Source of the DNA: an uncultured Candidatus Saccharibacteria bacterium
GTDB lineage: Bacteria; Patescibacteriota; Minisyncoccia; Portnoybacterales; UBA2143
Assembly (NCBI GenBank): GCA_964649795.1
Contig: CAZYQY010000002.1
Span: forward strand, 1-61,659
Length of the DNA: 61,659 nucleotides
Reading direction: 5' to 3'
Positions 16,587 through 25,076 of the stretch are shown here, one piece after another. How positions within the stretch are numbered: the stretch's first letter is position 1; each line of letters begins with the position of its first letter. The translations under genes and the position numbers were made by a program. The notes beneath the pieces are model-generated. The model saw only the letters and a list, made by a program, of their open reading frames with translations. It had not been told where the DNA came from and searched no databases.

Positions 16587-17936
16587 TTACAATTCAAATA
16601 TCTGGCCGGTTTTTGGGACTTCGGTTGGCAATCCTAAATGATCTTTAATATGAGAAGACAATGTCATAGCTGGCTTTTCTTCTCCTTGAACAATAAAAAC
16701 TTTTTTTAATGAATCTTTCATTTGCCTGACCCAGTAACAAAGCGCTTTTTGGTCAGCATGTGCTGAATAACCTCCAATTGCTCTGATTTGTATTTTATTT
16801 GGAATTTCTTGCCTGAATATTTTAACTTTCTCGGCTCCATCTAAAATTTTTCTCCCTAAAGTCCCTGGAACCTGATAACAGATAATCAAAAACGTATTTT
16901 TAGAATCAGACAGATATTTAATTTCATGGTGCATAATCCGGCCGCCAGTAGACATTCCTGAACCAGCAATAATGATTTTGGGTGGATTAACTTGGCTAAT
17001 TTGCTTAGATTCTGCAACTGTGCGGGTCATTTTAAATCCAGGAAATTCAAAAAGCTTATCCCCGGACTTAATCAAAGAAAGCGCTTCTTGATTAAAATAT
17101 TCAGGATATTTTCTATAAATTTCAGTTAATTTAATAGCTAATGGACTATCAAGGAAAATCGGCACATGAGGAATACGATGGTTCTCTACTAATTCATTTA
17201 ATTCATAAAGAATTTCCTGTGTTCTTTCCAAAGCAAAACTAGGTATAAGCAATGTTCCTCCTCGAGTAATTGTATTTTCAACGGCATCTTCTAATAAATC
17301 CTTACGCTGTTTTTTATCTTCATGAATACGATCGCCATAAGTTGATTCAACAAGAACATAATCCGCTTCTTTTATAAATTCAGTTGGTTTTAAAATAGGC
17401 ACTGGCGGATTGCCTAAGTCCCCAGAAAAAACTATCTTTTGCTTTTCAGCCCAAACTTCAATAATAGCTGAGCCTAAAACATGTCCTGCATCTCTAAAAC
17501 AAAAAGAAATATTATCGTTTAATTTCATTTTCTCTCCATAATCTATGCCTTGGAAAAGTCCCAAGGTTTTTTCCACATCAGATTTATTGTAAAAAGATTC
17601 TTTGCCAGTTGTTTTATTTATTTCATAATTAATTTCTTCAGCGTCAAAAAGCATTGCCCGGGCAAAATCCTTAGTTGGTTTAGTGGCAAAAATTTTCCCT
17701 TTGAATCCTTTTTTGACTAAATAAGGCAAACGGCCAATATGATCAATATGTGCATGGGTAACTAAAACTGCTTCAATTTTGCTTGGGTCATAAGGAAATT
17801 CTTTCTGATTCATTTTACGCGCATCTCGGCCGCCCTGAAACAGACCGCAATCAACTAAAATTTTAGTTTGTTTAGTTTCTAATAAATAATTAGCGCCAGT
17901 TACCCACCTAGCGCCTCCATAAAAATGCAATTTCAT
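16587..17936 (-). CDS. Metallo-beta-lactamase / beta-CASP family RNA-metabolising hydrolase
   Basis: THAHIDHIG zinc motif, the beta-CASP layout and a C-terminal GGYSAHAD motif. Confidence 0.75.
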   Translation of the reverse strand: MKLHFYGGARWVTGANYLLETKQTKILVDCGLFQGGRDARKMNQKEFPYDPSKIEAVLVTHAHIDHIGRLPYLVKKGFKGKIFATKPTKDFARAMLFDAEEINYEINKTTGKESFYNKSDVEKTLGLFQGIDYGEKMKLNDNISFCFRDAGHVLGSAIIEVWAEKQKIVFSGDLGNPPVPILKPTEFIKEADYVLVESTYGDRIHEDKKQRKDLLEDAVENTITRGGTLLIPSFALERTQEILYELNELVENHRIPHVPIFLDSPLAIKLTEIYRKYPEYFNQEALSLIKSGDKLFEFPGFKMTRTVAESKQISQVNPPKIIIAGSGMSTGGRIMHHEIKYLSDSKNTFLIICYQVPGTLGRKILDGAEKVKIFRQEIPNKIQIRAIGGYSAHADQKALCYWVRQMKDSLKKVFIVQGEEKPAMTLSSHIKDHLGLPTEVPKTGQIFEL

Positions 17937-18023
17937 GTTTTAATTCTACCAAAACTTTGCTAAAAAGAAAAGCCGCTGCTTAACAACGGCTTATACAAAA
18001 TAGTAAATTTAAAAAATTATGCT

Positions 18024-18524
18024 TTATACATACTTATCAGCTACGCTGGAAGCAGCGTAAGATTCTGGCTTTATTTTCGCCTTAAAGCCATTGCCTCTAA
18101 CCATACCAACTACTTCCTTAATCATTTCCCGAGTTGGACCGTTTTGCCCTACATCAATATGAATCTGAAAATCATAATTAAGTTCACTAATATTTTTCAA
18201 AGAAACTCCTAATTTGCCAATAAGATCCTGCGCTGTTCCTAAAGACAAAGTTACCTCTTGGTGAATTCTATCTCGCAAAGTATGATAAACTTTACCCCCA
18301 TTAGTTTTTTTCCAGAAATAACGCCCACCTCGACCAACTCGATAAACAATAATAGCTGTGACAAAATCAGTTTTTTTGCCGCCATTGGAATCAGTACCAA
18401 CAATCAACTTATATTCATCCTGCGAGTCCTGATTTATAAAATCAGAAATTTCTTTAATTATTCTAGTTAATTTCATCCGGCCTTGAGTCGGACTGCAAAA
18501 AATATCTTTATTATTCGTTTTCAT
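18024..18524 (-). CDS. RNase H-like YkuK (DUF458) family protein
   Basis: KLIVGTDSN...FVTAIIVYRVGRGGRYFW pattern typical of DUF458. Confidence 0.6.
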   Translation of the reverse strand: MKTNNKDIFCSPTQGRMKLTRIIKEISDFINQDSQDEYKLIVGTDSNGGKKTDFVTAIIVYRVGRGGRYFWKKTNGGKVYHTLRDRIHQEVTLSLGTAQDLIGKLGVSLKNISELNYDFQIHIDVGQNGPTREMIKEVVGMVRGNGFKAKIKPESYAASSVADKYV

Positions 18525-18582
18525 TACTTATAATATACTCCCTTGCTTGTCTTTTGACAAGTATTTTTCCGCTTAATTAATA

Positions 18583-19707
18583 TCAAAAACTGTAAATAAC
18601 CTGGTAAATAACTCCTGAAGCTAAAATTATGATTAGTCCGTAATAAATATATGGATGCAGGTTAAGAGAATATTCTGGCTTACGCTGCCCTGTTTTTTTT
18701 GCCCGCTGATAAATTAGAATTAAAAGAATCATTTGCAAACCAGCTAAAGTTGCTCCTAGAAAACTAATAACCGTAATGAAATCGCGCAAATTGAATAAAT
18801 AAGCAACTAAAGGAACAATACAAGTTAAAGACCAGGCTAAATATTTGTTAATCTTGTAATCATACCAAAAGGTTTTTTTTAATGATAAGCCAACAACTAA
18901 AAAAGAAGTAGTTACAGCTAAAAGGCCAAAAATAGCTCCCCAAATAATTGTATGGTTCTCTAGCGCCTTAACCATACCCTGTATTGCCTCAGGAGAAGTT
19001 TGGCTTCCAGTTATTCCAACCACAGTTAAAACAAAAATGCCGCAAAGAAATATAGGCAAAATAGTTCCTAAAATAATAGCTTTTTTTAGAGAACTATAAT
19101 TTTTTTTAAAGATTTCCTTCATTTCTGGAATAGCTGAGGGGCCAGTTAATGCCCAAAAGATCATCCCATAAGGAAGAAAAAAATATTTCCAATCCAAAGT
19201 AGATAAATTATCTAAGTTAATAACAGGCAGACCCTTAATAAATATTAAAATAATAATAGCTGCTAAAAATATACTCATTAAAACTTCCATTTTAGCCACA
19301 ACTCGCAAGCCAAAAAGAATTGCCATGGAACAAACAGCAAAAAAAATCATACTCCACATAAATTCAGAGCCGTTAAAAATTATCTTGAGGAATTTTCCAC
19401 CAACAATTAAATAAGCAAGCAGAGCGCCATAGAAAATAAAAATTGACGTAAAAGCGATTAATCTTTTGCCCCATAATCCTAAATATTTCTCAGCATAACC
19501 AGCATAACGATGTTTGCCAGGAGTACGTAAAATAATTTCTCCATATAACAAATGGAGCAATAAAGTAATCGCGCCTAATCCAAATAAAAAAAGTAGGCCA
19601 ATTAAAAAACCGGATTTAGCCACTACATAAGGAACGCCAAAAATCCCTACGCCAATTATAGTGCCAATCAAAGTAGATGTGGCAGCCCAAAAATTTTTGT
19701 TTAACAT
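18583..19707 (-). CDS. Amino acid permease-like polytopic membrane transporter
   Basis: About 11 predicted TM helices, with an N-terminus resembling aromatic/serine amino acid transporters. Confidence 0.55.
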   Translation of the reverse strand: MLNKNFWAATSTLIGTIIGVGIFGVPYVVAKSGFLIGLLFLFGLGAITLLLHLLYGEIILRTPGKHRYAGYAEKYLGLWGKRLIAFTSIFIFYGALLAYLIVGGKFLKIIFNGSEFMWSMIFFAVCSMAILFGLRVVAKMEVLMSIFLAAIIILIFIKGLPVINLDNLSTLDWKYFFLPYGMIFWALTGPSAIPEMKEIFKKNYSSLKKAIILGTILPIFLCGIFVLTVVGITGSQTSPEAIQGMVKALENHTIIWGAIFGLLAVTTSFLVVGLSLKKTFWYDYKINKYLAWSLTCIVPLVAYLFNLRDFITVISFLGATLAGLQMILLILIYQRAKKTGQRKPEYSLNLHPYIYYGLIIILASGVIYQVIYSF

Positions 19708-19708
19708 T

Positions 19709-19990
19709 TTAATAAACAGGCAAATAACCCTGTTGAGCTAACCAACGAGATAAATAAATAGTAATTAACCCCCAGATAATTGCGATAGCCAAAATAATTC
19801 TTGCTTCTTTTTTAAATTCTGCTTCAGTCCAAAAGGCCAATCCAATAATTAATCCGGAAAAAATAGGGTTAATTAAGGCTATAATGATGCCAAGCCAAAA
19901 CCATTTTTTCCTTGAGCTTAAACTTATTTTTTCTTTTTCTGCAGTCAAAGAATTGTCTAAGGGAGACTGAAAAAATTTTTTGTTATCCAC
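19709..19990 (-). CDS. Small membrane protein
   Basis: 93 aa with two hydrophobic helices. The gene abuts the transporter gene. Confidence 0.5.
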   Translation of the reverse strand: MDNKKFFQSPLDNSLTAEKEKISLSSRKKWFWLGIIIALINPIFSGLIIGLAFWTEAEFKKEARIILAIAIIWGLITIYLSRWLAQQGYLPVY

Positions 19991-19995
19991 TTATT

Positions 19996-20349
19996 TCACC
20001 TCCTTTCTAAAGAATGGATATCTTCATAAAGCATCCCGCCTCCAAGCAGATGCAGATGGACATGTTCTATTTCCTGTCCGCCATATTTTTTAACTCTAAA
20101 TAAAAGCTTATACCCTTTTTCGCTTAATCCTGAATCATCGGCTATTTTTTTAGCAACAAAAATCATTTTACCAAAAAGATTTACATCACTCTCATCTATT
20201 TCAACAATAGATGAAATGTGTTTTTTGGGAATAATTAAAATATGGACCGGAGTTATCGGTTTAATATCATTAAAAGCAATTATTTGTTCGTCTTCATAGA
20301 CAATATCAGTTTTTTGTTGATGATTAGCAATTTCACAAAAAAGACACAT
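19996..20349 (-). CDS. HIT-family nucleotide hydrolase/transferase
   Basis: HVHLHLLGG histidine-triad motif. Confidence 0.9.
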   Translation of the reverse strand: MCLFCEIANHQQKTDIVYEDEQIIAFNDIKPITPVHILIIPKKHISSIVEIDESDVNLFGKMIFVAKKIADDSGLSEKGYKLLFRVKKYGGQEIEHVHLHLLGGGMLYEDIHSLERR

Positions 20350-20352
20350 AAT

Positions 20353-21669
20353 TTAGGTTTTATGTTTTAGTTTTTTCTTCAATCTGTCAATTACTTTTTC
20401 TAAAGGGATGATTTCTTGGCTTCCAGAAAGCATATCTTTAATAATAATTGTCTTATCAAGCGCTTCTTTCTGTCCCAAAATTAAGGTAAAGCGCACTTGA
20501 AGCCTATTAGCTATTTTTAATTGGGAAGTAATAGTATTTTGGCTAAGAGAGCTAATTGTTTTTAAGCCTGCTTTCCGTAAATCTTCAAATAGTTTTAAGG
20601 ATTTTTTCTTGCCTAAATCGCCTAATTGAGCCAAAAAAATTAACGGACGGCTTTTTAATGGAACTTTAACCCCTTTTTCCTTCATTTGATTTACTGCTCT
20701 GTCCAACCCTATTGCAAAACCAACTGCTGGAGTGTCTTTCCCTCCTAAAAGTTTAACTAATTTATCATAGCGTCCGCCACCAGCCAAAGCAATCTGTCGT
20801 CTTTCTTCATCTTCAGGCCAAATTTCAAAAACCGTTTTGTTATAATAATCCAGTCCTCTAACTAAATGTGAATTTAAAATATATGGAATTTCTAATTCAT
20901 CTAAATATTCTAAAACATTTTTAAAGTGATTATGGCAATCTTCGCATAGATAATCAATAATTGGAGGCGCTTGTTCAGCTATTTGAACACATTTTTTTTC
21001 TTTGCAATCTAATAATCTTAAAGGATTTTGTTGATAACGTTTTTGGCAATTACTACAAAGCTCTTTTTTCCTTTTTCTATAAAAACTCATTATGGCCTTT
21101 TTATAAATCGGCCTGCATTTAGTACATCCAATACTGTTAATTTGAGTAATTAAATTCTTAAGTCCTAACGCATTATTAATAGAAAAAGACAGCTGGATTA
21201 ATTGAGCATCAAGAATTGGGTCTTTTTCTCCTATAATTTCAAAATTGGCTTGATATGATTGTCTATAACGACCCTTTTGAGGTCTTTCATAACGGAAAAT
21301 AGGGCCTATGCTATATAGTTTCACTGGATGCGGCAAACTAGACAGACCGTTTTCCAGATAAGCTCTTATAATAGCTGGCGTAAACTCAGGACGCAAACTT
21401 AATTTATCTCCCCCTTTAGTTCTTAAAGAATACATTTCTTTTTCAACAATGTCAGTATAAATGCCAGTCCCTTTAATAAATAATTCTGAATCTTCAAGAA
21501 TTGGCGTATTAATGAGTTTAAAACCATAAGCATCAGCCAAATTTTTAATTGTCTGTTCAATTTTATCCCAGTAGATTTGCTCTTCAGGCAAAATATCCCT
21601 CATTCCTTTGGGAGCTTGAAATGATTTTTTATATCTTGGTTTAGGTTTTGGTTTAGGGTTAGATGGCAT
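20353..21669 (-). CDS. hisS: Histidyl-tRNA synthetase
   Basis: Class II motifs, including FRYERPQKGRYRQ and GGGRYD. Confidence 0.93.
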   Translation of the reverse strand: MPSNPKPKPKPRYKKSFQAPKGMRDILPEEQIYWDKIEQTIKNLADAYGFKLINTPILEDSELFIKGTGIYTDIVEKEMYSLRTKGGDKLSLRPEFTPAIIRAYLENGLSSLPHPVKLYSIGPIFRYERPQKGRYRQSYQANFEIIGEKDPILDAQLIQLSFSINNALGLKNLITQINSIGCTKCRPIYKKAIMSFYRKRKKELCSNCQKRYQQNPLRLLDCKEKKCVQIAEQAPPIIDYLCEDCHNHFKNVLEYLDELEIPYILNSHLVRGLDYYNKTVFEIWPEDEERRQIALAGGGRYDKLVKLLGGKDTPAVGFAIGLDRAVNQMKEKGVKVPLKSRPLIFLAQLGDLGKKKSLKLFEDLRKAGLKTISSLSQNTITSQLKIANRLQVRFTLILGQKEALDKTIIIKDMLSGSQEIIPLEKVIDRLKKKLKHKT

Positions 21670-21678
21670 GTCTTTTTT

Positions 21679-22215
21679 TTAAAATATTTTAAATGAATCA
21701 AAAGGCCAAGCTCTTATCCAAACAAATCCAATAATATTTTCTCTTGGCAAAACTCCCCATTGACGAGAGTCAGAACTCGCTTGACGATTATCCCCCAATA
21801 CAAAATACTCTTCTTGGTTCAGTTCAACTTTAATATTTCCTTTAGTAATCCTGCCTTGAGGTAAATAATCAGATTCGTCTAAATCTATTTCTTCTAAAGT
21901 GTTTGTATTATATACAAAAACCTGGCCATTTTTAATCTCAACTGTTTCGCCAGGTAATCCAATTATTCTTTTAATATAATATTGTGAAGGATTCAAAGGA
22001 TATTTAAAAATAATAACTTGTCCTCGCTCTGGCTTTTCAAAACGATAATTAATTTCATTAATAACTAGATATTGTCCATTATCAAAATTAGGCGTCATAG
22101 AAGCGCCACGGACAAAGAATGGCTGAATTAGATAATAACGGATTGGAATTATAATAGCCAAGGAGATAACTACTATCTTAGCGGTCTCCCAAATAAAAAT
22201 AAGTACTTTTTTCAT
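21679..22215 (-). CDS. lepB: Signal peptidase I
   Basis: GASMTPNF (catalytic Ser), KRIIGLPGE (Lys) and GDNRQASSDSR boxes. Confidence 0.92.
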   Translation of the reverse strand: MKKVLIFIWETAKIVVISLAIIIPIRYYLIQPFFVRGASMTPNFDNGQYLVINEINYRFEKPERGQVIIFKYPLNPSQYYIKRIIGLPGETVEIKNGQVFVYNTNTLEEIDLDESDYLPQGRITKGNIKVELNQEEYFVLGDNRQASSDSRQWGVLPRENIIGFVWIRAWPFDSFKIF

Positions 22216-22273
22216 AACAATTACATTCTATCAGTTTTTCAAAAAAAATCAAATCTGTTATAATATAATAGCA

Positions 22274-23284
22274 ATGAATCAATGTAAAAAAAATGATAAA
22301 AAACTGAAAATTGCTTGTTTGATTGTCTCTCTTTTAATTATTGTTTTTTCCTTGATTCTTATTCGCCAATTAATTCCATCTTCTTCAATAGAAATTTCCC
22401 ATGATAATAAAAAAGATGAAGGTAAAGTTATTATTAATTCAATTCTGCCTTCTTTGTCAGTTAAAAAAGATGGCCCAAATATGAATGTTTTGGTTCTTGG
22501 TCATCCAGGCCAAGGCTATTCTGGACAAGATTTAACTGATACAATAATCTTAGCTCATCTGGAACCAGCCAATGGAAAAGCCGTCTTGATTTCTCTGCCA
22601 CGTGATTTGTTAGTTAAAATTCCCAATCAAGGCGTTTTAACTAAAATAAATTCTCTTTATGCAAGATGCGGGATTAATTGCCTTAAAGAAAAAATACAAG
22701 AGATTACTGGTATTACTGTTGATCACCATATAATTATTGACTTAGTTGTTGTTAAAGAAGTTATTGAATTAGTCGACGGATTAAATGTTTATGTGCCAAA
22801 AGATATTAATGACCCATATTTCCCTGGACCAAATTATTCTTACCAAACCTTTAATCTTTCAGCTGGCTGGCGCTATTTAGATGGACAAACAACACTTAAA
22901 TATGTCCGCACTCGATATACTTCTCCTAATGGCGATTTTGATAGAATGGCTAGACAGCAGCAAATTATTCAACTTATTAAACAAAAAGTCTTAGCTCTTA
23001 ATCCTCTTTGGGACCTGCCGACTTATTTAAAAATTTTCTATGCGCTTAATGACAATATTAAAACCGACCTTGGCTTGTTGAAAATAAAGTCATTATGGCA
23101 AATAGCTAAAGATATTGGCGCGGACAAAATAATAAGTTTGGTTGTTGACAAGAAAGAAACAAATCTGCTAGTTGGCGGACAAGTAATGTTTGGACAGCAA
23201 AAAGCTTCGGTTGTTTATCCCAAGGCAGGACAAGAGAATTATGATAAAATTAAAGAGTATATTGAAAAAGCAATTAAGGAATAA
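22274..23284 (+). CDS. LytR-CpsA-Psr (LCP) family cell-envelope phosphotransferase
   Basis: N-terminal TM helix, with DTIILAHL...SLPRDL and YVRTRY motifs. Confidence 0.8.
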   Translation: MNQCKKNDKKLKIACLIVSLLIIVFSLILIRQLIPSSSIEISHDNKKDEGKVIINSILPSLSVKKDGPNMNVLVLGHPGQGYSGQDLTDTIILAHLEPANGKAVLISLPRDLLVKIPNQGVLTKINSLYARCGINCLKEKIQEITGITVDHHIIIDLVVVKEVIELVDGLNVYVPKDINDPYFPGPNYSYQTFNLSAGWRYLDGQTTLKYVRTRYTSPNGDFDRMARQQQIIQLIKQKVLALNPLWDLPTYLKIFYALNDNIKTDLGLLKIKSLWQIAKDIGADKIISLVVDKKETNLLVGGQVMFGQQKASVVYPKAGQENYDKIKEYIEKAIKE

Positions 23285-23286
23285 AT

Positions 23287-23799
23287 ATGAAATTAATAAT
23301 TGGTTTAGGTAACCCAGGAATTAAATATAAAAAAACCCGGCATAACCTCGGATTTCGAGTAATAGGCGAACTTGCTGAAAAATTTCAATCGGCCTTTAAC
23401 GCGGAAATTTCTGAGAAAAGAATTAAGAATCAAAAAATTATCTTAGCCAAACCGCAAACTTTTATGAATAATTCTGGGATGGCTGTAAAATCAATTATAG
23501 ATTATTATAAAATTCCCGTTAAAGATGTTATTGTTATTCATGATGATATTGATTTGCCTTTGGAGGAAATAAAGATTCAGCAAGGACGAGGTTCAGCTGG
23601 ACACAAAGGCGTCCAATCAGTTATTGATTATTTAAACAGTAAAGATTTTATTAGAATGCGAATAGGAATTAGGCCTGATAACGAAGATGAAATAATTAAT
23701 ACGGAAAAATTTGTTCTTCAAAAATTTACTTCAGAAGAAGAAAAGATTATTCAAAAGATAATAAAAAAGGCCACTGATTTAATTACAGCGGCCCTCTAA
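23287..23799 (+). CDS. pth: Peptidyl-tRNA hydrolase
   Basis: LIIGLGNPG..Y..TRHNLGF signature. Confidence 0.93.
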   Translation: MKLIIGLGNPGIKYKKTRHNLGFRVIGELAEKFQSAFNAEISEKRIKNQKIILAKPQTFMNNSGMAVKSIIDYYKIPVKDVIVIHDDIDLPLEEIKIQQGRGSAGHKGVQSVIDYLNSKDFIRMRIGIRPDNEDEIINTEKFVLQKFTSEEEKIIQKIIKKATDLITAAL

Positions 23800-23800
23800 G

Positions 23801-23995
23801 TTAGGAACGATTGCGCAAGAACTTGCCAACGGCAACTAGAGAAAAAATCCCTAATCCGAACAAAGCCACCAGAAGTCCTTCGGTAAACGCCTCTGGAGAA
23901 GAATCAACCTCTATATGGCCAACTCCTCCCAGAACTAATAAAAACCCGATAATTCCGAAAATTGATCCTATTGTATCTACAAATTTCTTTTTCAT
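23801..23995 (-). CDS. Small two-TM membrane protein
   Basis: 64-aa ORF with an aggagg SD. It is preceded by a long structured leader. Confidence 0.5.
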   Translation of the reverse strand: MKKKFVDTIGSIFGIIGFLLVLGGVGHIEVDSSPEAFTEGLLVALFGLGIFSLVAVGKFLRNRS

Positions 23996-24024
23996 CCTTT
24001 TCCTCCTATAAAAAAGAACTTATT

Positions 24025-24161
24025 TTAACCTTCATCAGCCTACCTAGGAGTGCTGGAAATAAATTCACAAAAGCAAACCATCTCCAATCTTTATGCCTAA
24101 CCGAACATTAGGAGGGATTGCCCGATATAAGCGACTCTCTAGGCAGGCTGATAAAGGTTAA
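24025..24161 (-). promoter_or_regulatory. 137-nt inverted-repeat-closed leader element upstream of the small membrane protein gene
   Basis: The 23-nt arms ttaaccttcatcagcctacctag / ctaggcaggctgataaaggttaa pair at 21 of 23 positions and enclose inner hairpins (cctaa..ttagg). The element starts just downstream of a near-consensus minus-strand promoter and ends 29 nt before the start codon. Confidence 0.35.
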
Positions 24162-24172
24162 AAACTATCCCT

Positions 24173-24200
24173 ATTATAACAAAATGACAGAATTTGTCAA
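24173..24200 (-). promoter_or_regulatory. Extended -10 sigma70-type promoter on the minus strand, embedded in the first codons of dprA
   Basis: Minus strand reads TTGACA-16 nt-(TGt)TATAAT. Confidence 0.45.
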
Positions 24201-25074
24201 CCCCAAAGCTAAATATTATAACGCTTTTAATTTAATTGGCGGGATCGGACCTGTTGGTTTTAAGAAAATCCTGACATATTTTAATTCTCTTGATAATGCC
24301 TGGTCAGCTGAAATTAAAGAATTCAAAAAAGCTGGCTTAACTGAATTTGTTATTGAGCAAATTAGGGGAAAACGTCCTAAAATTAATCCTGATTGGGAAA
24401 TGGAAAAATTAGACAAGCAAGGAATTAATTTAATTACTACCCAGGACAAAGATTATCCCAAATTACTCAAAGAAATCTATGCTCCTCCAGCTACACTTTA
24501 TATCCGCGGCCATTTTGAATCAACCGATAAATATTTTGGTATTGTTGGCACTAGAAAACTTTCTGCTTACGGCAGCCAAATAACTCCTTTAATCACAGCT
24601 GACTTAGCTAAATCTGGTTTAACTATTGTTAGCGGATTAGCCAAGGGAATTGATACTATTGCCCATGAAACAGCTCTTAAAACAAATAATCGAACTATTG
24701 CTGTTCTAGGCTCTGGCATAGATAAAACAAGTATTTATCCTTTTATTAACCAAGATCTAGCGGAAAAAATCAGCCAGAACGGAGCAGTTATCAGCGAGTT
24801 TCCAATTGGAACCCAGCCCCTTGCGCAAAATTTTCCTCAACGCAATCGAATTATTTCTGGATTAAGCTTGGGAGTTTTAGTTATTGAAGCGCCTGAAAGA
24901 AGCGGCGCCATGATTACAGCACGAAACGCTTTAGAGCAAAATAGAGATGTATTTGCTATTCCTGGTCCTATTATTTCTAAAAATTCTTTTGGCCCTAATA
25001 ACTTAATAAAAATGGGGGCTAAATTGGTGAGCCAAGCTGAAGATATTTTAGAAGAACTTAATTTAAATTTTTAA
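24184..25074 (+). CDS. dprA: DNA processing protein DprA
   Basis: IVGTRK.S.YG, SGLAKGID..AH and the GAMITA Rossmann-like DprA core. The ORF is open from 24118, but the ATG at 24184 (MTEFVNPK) is the likelier start. Confidence 0.88.
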   Translation: MTEFVNPKAKYYNAFNLIGGIGPVGFKKILTYFNSLDNAWSAEIKEFKKAGLTEFVIEQIRGKRPKINPDWEMEKLDKQGINLITTQDKDYPKLLKEIYAPPATLYIRGHFESTDKYFGIVGTRKLSAYGSQITPLITADLAKSGLTIVSGLAKGIDTIAHETALKTNNRTIAVLGSGIDKTSIYPFINQDLAEKISQNGAVISEFPIGTQPLAQNFPQRNRIISGLSLGVLVIEAPERSGAMITARNALEQNRDVFAIPGPIISKNSFGPNNLIKMGAKLVSQAEDILEELNLNF

Positions 25075-25076
25075 TC

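Noticed and set aside
24025-24161. The inverted-repeat-closed element as SRP (4.5S) RNA or 6S RNA.
   Set aside because: It lacks the conserved SRP domain IV GGAA tetraloop and AGCA symmetric-loop motif. It is too short and too perfectly paired for a 6S-type central bubble. Its position behind a promoter and before an SD favours a leader.
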